Of a stretch of DNA of 64,000 nt, positions 34,850-46,800 are shown piece after piece. The notes under the pieces are model-generated. The model was not told where the DNA came from and did no database searches. It saw nothing but the letters and a program-made list of their open reading frames with translations. How positions within the stretch are numbered: position 1 is the stretch's first letter; the number at the start of each line of letters is the position of its first letter. The translations under genes and the position numbers were made by a program. This stretch comes from Podarcis pityusensis (lineage: Eukaryota): NCBI GenBank assembly GCA_964106645.2, contig OZ067051.1; one strand, 5' to 3'.

Positions 34850-37800
34850 CTGTGGAAATAGAAAACAAGAATTGCCCTGTGTAGTCAAACCTTTCCTCTT
34901 GCTTGTTCACAGCACCAGATACTTGATCTTGCTGCCTTTGGAAAAGGATGGATGGCAGCTCCACACAAGGAAAGGGGTGAAGCAGCCAATCAATTCTTGC
35001 CCTGCCTCATCCAACTTCTCAGCAACCCTCTGGAATCTAAGTTAAAGCTCCTCCCACACCAGGCCTCTTTTCTGCACAGGGGGATTGGTATGTCTCAGTG
35101 GGCAACGGAGAGCCTCTTGCCAATATACCCGCCACAGAAACCAGCTGGCTGCCTTCCAGGGGCTTGTACCTTTGCTCCATGAGGCAGATTCCTGCAGTTT
35201 AACAGAAGCAGCGCCCCCCATCATGAGAATCTCAGACCAGAGCTCCAGGAAGTCCTGCTGCTCACTGGACACCAGAAGCACCTTCAGCTTACTGAAAGGG
35301 TTCTCACGAGAGTGCCTAGAAGGAAGCAAAGGTTAGAAGCCATTCCACTGCAAGGGAACTGGACATGCCACCCTGTTCCACCTGCACCAGGTGGGTAAGC
35401 TGCTCATGGTCCCTCCAACATTCATGGACTTACCAGTCCAGCAACCTCTGCTCCTGCAGGCTATAACCAGCTGGCAACAAATAATTCCGGTAGTTCTGCA
35501 GCTGGTTGGCATGACAACTGTCATGGACCCAGACGTGAGACACACAGGGGATTCCTCGGGCAAGGCACAGAAAGTAAATCCGGTTGCGGCAGTGTCTGTC
35601 TGCTATCAGGAAGCACTGGTAGGCTGCACTGCACTGGACAAAGGAAGTGGAGGCTGGGACCTGGGCTTCCATAGAAACACAAAGCCCTGGAAGAGGCTGC
35701 AGGTTCAGTATAAAACACCCAGTGTGGTCAAATGCTTATTTGACAACTAGCCAGCCAGGCTAACTGCAAAATGGAAGGCTCAGTACTGGCAGAAGTAGAG
35801 AACTGAGAAATGTGCCAATGGAAGGGAAAGAGGCTCTCTCTGCCTCTACTTCAAGCAGCCCCTATCAAGATCTGTCCCATTCCAAGAAGCATCATGGCCA
35901 GGCACCTCCTTTCCTCATCCCAGGTCTTGAAAGGAGAACAAATGACAATTCTCACTTGACAACCTGTGTGCAGGTGAAGCTGCCACCCGTCACACACCTG
36001 CCACCCTTGGACCACACCCAGAAAAGCATCAATTTCATAATTAAAAGGAAAACAGCAGCAAAGCACCAACACCCTCTCCAAATAAATCTCCACTGCCAGC
36101 CTGGGTGATGCTACTTCATGCATCCCCAGCTCTGGCTCCTGACCTGGCTTTCATTGAAGTCCTCCAGGATGAAACCACCTCCAGCTTGCAGCTGCAGTCC
36201 AATGTAGTGTTTGTTGTAAGGTGTTACCTCCAAGAAGTCTAGAAAACAGGATGAAGTTAGCAGAGTTAATTCTTTAGCATAAATAGAGCACTACACCTCT
36301 TCCCTTGCAAGAGGACTGTGAAATATTCCCACACAATCAAAATCTAAGATTTTATTTCTATTTTAAAAGCTGCATGTTGACTTCTTTTAAATGCTTGCTT
36401 CTGTCAATTTTTAAGTTAGTATTTTGATTTTTCTTTGTAAACTATGAATTTTGTTAAATAAAGAACATTAAAACAACTGCACTGAAATTCAGTTCAGAGA
36501 CTAAACATGATTAGGAACAGCTATTCACTTTAAAAATTATTCTCCACTGTTCAGTAATGTGCTCTAAGAACTGTTTTTATACTCAACAGAAAATAATACA
36601 ATTGACAAGAACGTGTGTGCAGCACAGCAGCAGATTATTTAGACATTTAAAGATGCCTAGAGAAACGCAGAAAGGTCTTCACCTAGTGCCAAGATGACAT
36701 AAGAGATAGTAGTAACAGGTGAGGAAAGTGACCCAAAGGGGTGTGCTATTGCCAAGAAAACCTTCAAGACACACCCATGTAATTAAGAGAAGGAGGGGGA
36801 ACCCAGAGAAGACCCTTCAGTGATGACCTCAGTACCTGGGCTGATTCATTCAGAAGGTGGTGGTCCTTCAAAAATCCAAGCCCCTTGCTGCAAAGGGTTT
36901 TAAAAGGTAAGCACCAACACTTGGAGCCATGTTCAGAAATTGACTGTTAAGTTAGTGAAATTATTTTCTGAGCCCTAAAGCGAGCCCCAAATGGTAGCTG
37001 TAAGGAGCATGAAAGTTGTAAGAGAGATCTGCAGCTCATTCCGAAATCACGGATTTCTCTTAGAGGGCCACAAGATGGCAAACATGTTCTGCCCCACACT
37101 TGGCAATTCCTTATCTTTGGGGCTTCTAGGACCTGGAATAGCAGAAGGCATGACTGCCACCTGGTATGGCTCCTCAAGTAGCCTTCAAGGGATTTCATAC
37201 TGTCATGTTGCCCAACAGCCCTCCTGTGATGTGCTTGCACACTGGCTGGCAAGGTGCAAGGATACAGCCAGTCTTACCAAGTCCCAGGTTCAACTATCCC
37301 CTCAATAAACTAACTTTGGAAAGTGCAGTAAGATACTGGCTTGTTGACTTCAAGTTCTTGCAGCCCCACAACTTGCCACTTCCTTAGCCCTTGTAGGCAC
37401 ACCACTATCCTGCAAAGAGGACAGAAACCGCAACTAGCAGAATCCCTACCAGGGATCCTTGGCCAAGCTGCCTTCCTTTGGCCCCCATGTGAACAAGATG
37501 CTTAACTAGGTGGGCCCTCTTGGGTCCCTTCCTAGTTCTGCCTTTTCTGTCACCCGCTGGAGTTTCACCACCCTAAACCAGATTCAGTCAACGAGGGCCA
37601 CCCCTGCCCCCAACAACCTCCCTGGAGCAATGGAGTGCTCACCTTCCTCTTCGCTGCTCACTGCAGGCTCCTGGCAACTGGAGAGTTTATCTGTGGGGTC
37701 TGCCATTGTGAGGAGAAAGGCATAGCCCAGAAAGAGAGTCTTGTTGTGGGGCATAGGCCCCCATCGGTCATCTGGTGCCGGGATATCTCCCAAGTCCACT

Positions 37801-40800
37801 CCACTGACAGATGGGCTCACTGCTTCCCTGGAACAGGCAGCCCCTGTGGAGGGAGGGAGGAAAATCAAAGTCCTGTGGCTGCCTCCTGACAGCAGGTCAG
37901 CAGCCTCAACCTAGAATTTCTCTCATGGAGAGAGAGGGGAGCCTTGATCCTCCTGGTGCAAGAGCTCAGCTCCAGCTCCTCTGGTTTGGGAGGAAAGGCT
38001 GGAGGAGACCAAGAAGGGAAAGTCTGGTCCAGGGAGAAGAGATGCAATGCAAGGAGACATAAAACAGTCTGACCTGGCTTTGTAGGGGTTGCCCGCCGCC
38101 CTCGTTTGGCAGGGGATCTCTCCTCTTCTGAGGCAACTAGCTTCCTCTTGCTAGACAGCCTGTGTGGGGTCTGGGGGCTCTCAGGGCCCTTGCGGGTGGG
38201 TGTTGTGTTGTTGGAGGTGCTGGGGGAGCCAAGGTTGCGCCTCTTCCGCTTTCCTTCCACCAGGTTATCTAGCCCCACAAGGAGAATGTTGTTAGCTCCC
38301 ACCTCAACATGCAGCAGCACCAAGCCCCCCCCCCCGCATGTTTTCTGCAGGGTAGCAGAAGGAAGTCACTTGCGCCTCTTAAAACTGAAGAGTTTACCCA
38401 AGGCCAGCACCCTGCAGCTCCTGCCCTCAATTAAGAGGTTCCTAGGGGTTCCCATTTCTCTCGGCCAGACCCACAAGGCAGTTGCCCACAGGCTGCTTAC
38501 CAAGGCTGATGTCAGCCGCCTTTGTCAGGGGCATGACGGGTTCGTAGGGGCCCAACCCAAATTGCTCTCGGAGCCGATTCCCTTGCTCTAAAGACAAGAT
38601 GACTGCTCTCCGCCGGTACCACTTCCGCTGGCCCTCCTTCTCAATGCAATAGAACAGCTCCCCGGCCTCCTTCCGATGCCCCTTCACTACCCCTGCAGCC
38701 AAGGCAGAAGGCATCATAAGGGCAGCTCACAGACTGGGACCCAACTCTCCGCTACCGCCCACCCCAAACACTGCAGGTCACTTGCCAGCCAGGCAAGTTA
38801 CCTGCGCTGAAGTATTCGTCCTCCGAAAGGGCCGTCACCTCTGTTTCCAGGGGGAGAGGGTCGCACAGCAAGATGTCTTTGCCCGGAACATCACATTCAT
38901 AGCCATCGTCAAAGCGCAGCTTATATTTGACACCCCCTACATCCTGTGTGATAGTCCCAGAGTAGAAGTAGCCATTCGAGGACCACTTTGCCACCACCCG
39001 GAGGCCCACAAAGCTGTTCGCAGAAGAGGAGGTGGCGGCAGAGGAAAGCTCTGTGCTGGTAGAAACCCCCAGACGCTCTTGCAAGGGGATTTCAGGGGAG
39101 ATGCTGCGGTCCTGCCCCTTCAAAGGGCGATGCGTGTGGCAGTCCTCTTCTGGCAAGGCTGTGGTTGACAGATCCTCCACAGCTGGCAGGCTGGCCCTGC
39201 AGATCCAGGGAGAGAAACAGCTGGAGAAGGTGCAAGGACCTTTAGCTCTTGCTACTCCACCCCACCAGGGTCACCTCCCTCATCAGCATCAGCTGACCTT
39301 CACCACGCTACCTGGCTCCGGCCGATCGCGATGTGAGGCGGCCCCTTCGCCCTCGTCTGCGAGGAGTTGGAGGGGCTCTGCCACTCCTCTGGTTGATCAC
39401 ACCTTGCGCTTCCTCCTCACACCCCCCAGGAACTGCTGCATGGTCAGGCTGGACTGGAGACTGAGGCTGGCTGCCCCCCTTCCTAGGGCTAGGGAAACCA
39501 AAGGCAGCGTTAACCTCTGCACAGCCAGCCTGCCTGCCAGCCACAATGCCCTGGAGGCCCCACACATGCTCCCAGGGTCATGGGCACAAAGAATTTATCC
39601 CTCGCATTTCAAGGTAAACAGCAAAGCCCAAATAAAGCTGCTCACAAGGCAGCCCAACATGATTTGCCGCATTGTTCCCCCAGTTTGAAACATCACTCAA
39701 TACAACACCAACCTTCAAGTATTTAAAACCTTCTTGACATCAAAAATATTAACTCGCCAACTGTGAATAAATTCAATTCGTTTTAGAACCCATGGCCTTT
39801 TAAAAGTATAGCACTGGCTTTCAGTTTGGAAACTGGTTAAAGAATATACTGACAGTCATATTCATGCCCCGCCTGAAACAAAACACCAAAGAATGCAAAA
39901 TGGCCTCTCTCTCTTCCACCCTGCTGCTCCCCCAAAGTGAAGCCTTCCTCTGATGTCCCTTTCCCAGAGGCCCTGCACCCACCTGAGCTTTCTGACCCCA
40001 GGGAAGGCCAAGTCTCCAGGCCCGGCTCCTTGGCAAGGTCTCCCTCCTCTCAGAAGAGTGCCTCCTTGCCCAGAACTTGTCCCACTGTGTGTGACGGACA
40101 AGGCACTGCTCCCTCCACTGGACATGCGCTGGAGGCCAGAGGCCTTGGATGAGAAGGAGCTGATGTCACCAAGGTCTCCAGAGGCAAGCGAAGAAGAGCC
40201 TCCCGTGCGAGAGGGGGAGACGTCCACCTCGCTCTCCTGGCACTCCATGATGGGGTCCTCTCTCTCCTGAAAGAAAAGCAGACTGGGATTCAAGGGAGGA
40301 AGGGAAGGCGCCAGGTGCCAGGTACAAGGGGAGAGCTGCCCTAGGACCAGCGCTTTCAGATCCCAAGAGGGATCCATCCACAGGCAAGTCCCTTTCAGCC
40401 AGATACATGTAGGGCAGGGCAAAGCTCCCAGAGCAGTGCTCTTCCCACAACAGAGCTACTTTCTGACATTCTAAACAGGAAACTCTTTGGGTATCCATCC
40501 TGTTGATGCTCAGCTCTATCAGAGAAAGAGAGAGAAAGTGCCGCACCCTTTAGCCACAAGGCATTTTATTCCACTCTCCTCCGCTCAACAAAATAAAATA
40601 CTTACCTTTAAGGTCAGAACAGGCAAAATGATGTTCTTCTCGCTGGAGAAGGCACTTCAAGCGCCCATCTCAAAAGAGCAGAGCTGAACTGCGGAAGCAA
40701 ATCCTGACAAAAGCTTGCCTACTCCAAGGTTCCCTACCTCCCCAAAGCTCCTTTAAATTTTCAAGAAGCAATTTAAAAATAAAACCTGCCTTAACAGTAT

Positions 40801-43800
40801 TAGCAGCCAGAGAAAACCCAGAGAAATAAGCTGATGGTGAAAACACCCCACACAATGCCTGTCTGATCTTGAAAGAGTCTTGCAGGAAACTCTGGAGTGT
40901 ATAGTCCAGTTGCAGGAAAGACAGAAAAATGTAAACCTAAACCAAAACACTTAGATATACGCTATGCACATGTAAAAGATTGCATTTTAAAAGGATGGAT
41001 CAAGCTTAGGTATTGTTCTACAGGGTTTATAATTGCATATATTTTTACAAAGCCTTTAAATTTAAAATGCTGACTATGGAATTGGGTCTTACTGAGTAAA
41101 AGCAGAAAAAAATTGCCAGGTGTTCAAGACAGAATTTCAAGTTAGGAGGGCTGCTGGAATATTCTAGAAAGAACTTGAGAATTGGTCTTGAACAGGTTGC
41201 TAGGCAACAGAAAAATCTCCCCAGCAACAGGTGCCTTTATTAAGGGCATGTGGTCAATAAAGGTCAGTTAGTGTGTAAATGAACAAAGTTGTAAATGAGT
41301 CAGCAATTGAGTCTCTGGTCAGACGGCTAGAGGAGAAGGAATTATATGGTTTTATTAGTTTTATTTGACCGGTGTAATTTTTTTGTAAATAATAAAGATT
41401 CTCTGTAAAAGAAACTCTGCTGCAAGTCTTAAAAAGAATACAACGCAAGAGTAGATGCTCACACATCAACAACCAGCACCAAATAGGTAATTTGTGATCA
41501 CAGTGCCTTAAGGTTCACAGGTCCAACACTCAAAGGTGCAAGATAGGGAGCAGGATTTGTGGCTCCAAAATGGCCTGGATGCATATGATATGGTGTGTAT
41601 TCTCAAGTAGGGGACCAATACGGCAAACTCAGAGAAGCAACTGGCAAAGCACAAGAAGCCCTAGGAAACCAATGAAAAGGAGATGGAGGCCTAGAGACAA
41701 CAAGCGGGCAAGTGACTGTCCCAAGATCACATGGGATAAGGTCAGAGATTTCCCTTTCTGAGGTCCACACACCCATCTGGCAGCCCAAAGGAACAAGGGC
41801 AAGCATGCCCTGTCCGCTACGGGAATGAACTTGTGGGGATTTAATGATGAATTCTCCTGTACAGGAGTAGGTAGTGCTCGCAATACCTCTATGGTGGCCA
41901 ACTGATAACTGCTGGTGTTTGACAACTCATTTTGAGTAACAGGTTTGTCTTGCTTATTTAATCCAAAGGAGAAAGCATTTTGAGTCTTATTCAGTGTTCT
42001 CCAAAACAGCAAAATTATTGGTTGGGAAAAGTAGGAAAAATTCTCTTTAAAAAACGCAGAAACAGTTTTCTGAACTGTCCCGGCCTTGACATCTCTCGCC
42101 TTACCTCCACTACCTTGCGTTCCACTTCTGCCCCATCCTTGTAGTAGATGTCTGTGATGAGTCGTGTGACAACAGTTCGTACTTCGCGGATGGTCCGTAT
42201 ATGACGCCGGAGGGCTCTGCCTGGGGGCGGGCGAGGCAAATCAAACCCTTCCTCGTGCTGAAGAAAAGAAAAAGGCAGAAAGTTTTCAGAGATTCCTCCA
42301 CAGCACATTGCTGTTTGGAATGAAAGGGGAACATCACTGTCAGAGGAACAGGAGACTGCATTATACGGAATTATACAGCACTGGTCAATCCAGCTCAGTA
42401 CCATCTGGACACTAACAGGCAACAGCAGCTCTCCACTGTTTCTTAGCTCCAATCCCATCAGCACTCACCACCTGAGCTTGCTCTTAGAGGCAGGAACGGC
42501 TTTCACAGAGCTGCAAATGGCACATAAAAGGGCAACTAAAAATGGCTTGGTGACAAGAGAGGCCTCCTGCAGCACCAGAATTATCCAATACAAGCAACTG
42601 GCAGCAAATGCAGGACATGCCCCAAAATGCATCTGGACAATCATGCCCTCCTGAAATTCACCGTCACAGGACAGGGTCATCACATGCACTTGCAGAAACC
42701 ATTCACCTATGATGGCAATAGTTTGAGATTTCTTTGTCAGACAGCTCTGCCTGATCTGTTTGACATTTTTACTGTAATTGTGCAGTTTTCACCTATATGG
42801 CATGTCGTGACATATGAAATAAATGTTTATAAATATATTTAAATATAAATCTCATACAGCCAAACCTCAGCTCCCGAAAACCCAGAAGTAACTGCTCCGG
42901 TTTTTGAATGATTTTCGGAAGCCGAACAGTCTTCCGGAACAGATTACGTTCGATAACAGAGGTTTGACTGTATTTATATATAAACAAACGAAATACATTC
43001 AGAGGCAGGGATAGCCATTGCCACCCTTGTGGGCTTCTCACTAGCACCTGGCTGATCACTACTGCGAGGGGGACTTGGTGGACCTTTGGGCTGACCAATC
43101 AAAGTGCTTCTCTTGATGAGGCTGCTTCTTCCCACCTTGCTCAGAGTTGGAAAGTCTGGGGGAGGCACATGTGGCAACTGCCACCTCCCACTCTAAAAGC
43201 TGAGACCAGGAGGTAGTAGATAATCCTTCGCCCCTGCCACAGGCAGCAGCACCTCTCTCCCCCCTCCCCCTTTTCCAAGTACACGATCCAACTCCCTCTC
43301 ACCTGGTTGTGCTGGGTCCCTGGCGCATGCCCAGCCCTGGCAGGCCTAGATCCATGGTCCTCTTCCACCTGCACTTTAGTGTCCTGCTGTCCAGGCCACA
43401 ACCCAGCCGTGCTGGTCCCCACCTCCACCTGGCCAGTAGGCACTGTCTGTGTGGCTGCCGACGTGAATTCCGTTGGCCCTTGAAGGAACTCTGCCACAGC
43501 CTGGGTCCCCTTGCTGCTGGTGCCAGATTTTGGCGTTTGAGTTCCATCATTCCCTGCAGCCACCAGAACGGAAGCTGCCTTTTGGGGGGCCCTCTGTTCT
43601 TTTTGCTCCCGAGTTCCTGCTGTTTCAACTTCCATGGCCTCTCCCTCCTCCGCACAACCCACTGTCCGCTTAGCGCTCAAGCCAGAGTCCTGGACTGGTC
43701 CACAACCCAGGGGCACAAGCCTTCGCTGGCTCTGCCAGGTTGCAGCTGGCTCCTGCTCCTCCTGGGAACTTGGGAAATTGAACAGGTCACCCCTGAAAGC

Positions 43801-46800
43801 AATCAGAAAAGCATGAGAGGAGCTCTGCCAGATCACAATTAATGTCCACCCAAATCCAGTCTTCTGTCACCAGCAGGGGCAAGTCAGATATTCCTAGGGA
43901 GCCCAGAAGCAGATACAAAGGCAAAGTTCTCCCTTACTAAGAGATTAGCTGACTCTCAGCCTGCAGCCCCATTTGGAATGACTGTGTTGAGAGACCTTTT
44001 GTCCATGGCTTTGTCTAGCCTACCCATTTAAGACTAAGAGGGTCTGCGATTTGGAGTCTTCCCTTTAATCCCTGTACATAAACCATCAAGTATACAAAGA
44101 TTCATATTGCACAGAGACTGCATAGGCGTATTTTTAGTTTAGGTGTATTTTTGCTGTAGTCAAGTATATCCAATGACTCAACAAGCCATGCATGCGTATG
44201 AACACACACACAGGGACACAGCATTCAGAAAAATATCCCGCAATCCATCGCATTTGCGTGATGCCAACTGTCCCAACAAGCTGCCTGGCTGTCCAGGAGA
44301 CCTGCTCAGAAAAAGGATCTTTCAACTGCTGCTGTTTTGTAGCCCTCACCCTGCAAGACCAGCTGCCCCAGGACAAACACTGCCCACTGAGCATGTCCTA
44401 GTTGTATCCTGCTTGCCTCACAACTGGCAATAGGCCTGGCACAAGCATATGATTCCAACAGGCAGAACTTGGGGTGGCTCAGCAAAGCAAAGACGCACCT
44501 TAGCCAGGGGAGGGATTTCCCAGGAGTATCTACTGCACACAGAGGGAAGCAGCACATGGCCTGGGATGAGTTATTAGTTCATGTGGAAGGGAAGTTGCAC
44601 AGAGACAGCCCTAGAGACAGCACCAGGGAGGCCTTCCATGGACTTGCCTGAACAGTGGACAAGGCAGCTCAGGGCATTGAGCCTTGTCTTCTTCACGCTG
44701 TACTTCACAGACTCGAGTGAAGACGGATGGCACCTTCCGGGAGCTATAGGCAGAAGAGAGAAACAGGCTCAGAAAGGACCAATCCTGCCAAAGAGATAGC
44801 TAAGGCCTATGAGCTTGCTAGCAGTGAGGCAACCTGGCCAGTATTTGGTGGCCCCAGAAGGACCTCCAGTTCAGAAAACCCCTCAGATGCCATTAAATAC
44901 CAACATCCTTCACCTCCCTAGCAGCAGCTCAGAGTATCTGGAAGGATGGAGGGAGCAAGACACGGTTTCCTGCCCCTCCAAATACCTCTCTGGGGCTCAG
45001 CCCTCTCTGACATGGGCAGTTCACCCACGCATGGGGAAAACTGATGTAAGCAGCCCAGTTGGGCCTGACTGGATGGCAGGAGGATGGCACATAAGCACAC
45101 ACACCCCTTTCCCAGCAGATGCCATTCACCTTTGTCACAAAGGGCTTAAGTACCAGTACCTGCCTATTACCTGGAAACAACTCCTGTGACAGACCCGTTC
45201 TTCTTTTCACTGGATGTGGGCTCTGGGGGCAAAGAGGAAGGCATTAGAAGCATTCCACCCCCTCCCAAACACTTTGGATCAAAAGTCACCACCCAGTTAG
45301 AAAGCCTTGCCATCTTCTTCACAACTTGCCCAGGACAAGGACCACCTCTTCCTTGCCTAAAGGGCCAGGTTTCTGCAAGTGTTTCCAACAGCACTGCCAA
45401 ATCAGCCCTTCCCAGGCAGAGATGGCATCATGAGAACTATAAAGACTGCTAGTCAAGTAGTCAGTACTGTTTGGAGTCACTAGTCCAGGGCAGGGGACCA
45501 TCGCTCCGCAACTGCTCTTGCACTGAATCTCTTACTGTCCAGGCTGAAGGGCAGGGACTCGTCACTCTCTTCCGTCACAGGGGTCACAAGGTTCATGCGC
45601 AAGGACAGCTTCCCCTGCTCCTCACAGGCGGCCTCAGCGCTCCCTTTGCCACTCTCCTCCATCTCAACAGAGGTCAGAGCACTCTCCACTGTCACATTGT
45701 TGGTGCCCTCAGCTGTGACATCGCTGGTTGCTATGGTATTATCCGGGCAGTTTCCAGCCTCTGAAACAAGCAAAGCAAGATGGCAGGTTCACCAACAGCC
45801 ACCCAGGCTTGCTGGAAAGAACCAGCACAGAAAGCCTCTTGGCCACCCCCAAGCAGATGGCAGCTCTGCAGCACCAGAATCTGCCTTAGCCCTTGGGCCA
45901 ACTGCTCTAACATCAGAGAGAGACCAAATGAGCTGGGCTCCTAATCCAAAGCTATGTGGGTTGTACTTCTGCAAGGCAGCCAAAAAGAATTTGGGCCCTT
46001 GCACCTTCCAGAATTTTGTGGAGGAAGCCACAGCAGCAGTTGGAGCTGCATCCAGATTTGCTTCAGATTATAACAGTGTAGACAGCAACTGTCCACACTT
46101 CTCAGCTGCTCCAAGAGCAGAGTCTGTCATACCCCTTGTGGTCTGTAGCTGCTTCCAAATGGCAGAGGAAGTGGCAGAGCACTTGCTTTGTATGCACAAG
46201 GTCCCAGGTTCAATCCCTAGCAGTCCCTCCAGTTAGAGGGATCAGTCAGCTGGTGCTCTGAGATCCTCTTCACACTTGAAGCCCCAGCTGCTGCCAGTCA
46301 GATATGACAATAGAGCAAAACGAACAGGCAATATGGCGCAATGTAAGGTCATATCTTCCAAGCTCACACCGTTCTGGCAATATGTAAACAGCTACCACAG
46401 GGCCTCCCTCCCACTGGGGTTTTGCTTTACTGATGGCTGCTTGGATCAGTCCCCTCCTTGCTCTCCACCAGCACACACACCTTCTGAAGGCAAAGAGAAG
46501 GACAAAAGATGGCCACTTTGGGAAGGCTGGAAGGCAGTTGGTGCCCATCTCCATTACTCACAGAAACCCCACCCCACGTCTCCTACTCACCAATAGGAGT
46601 GCTGTGTCGCCTGGGGCCTTTCTTTAGCTGGCCAATGTGAGGTGGTGTGATGCCTGTCAGAGGCTCAATCACATGCTTCTCCTTCAGCAGGGCGAGATGA
46701 AAGGGGGTTCCTGGAACAAGGTATTACAACAGACAGGTTGTGAGCTCATATTCTGCTACTAGGCACCCTCCTTGCCATAAATTCTCGGCAGCTAAATGGT

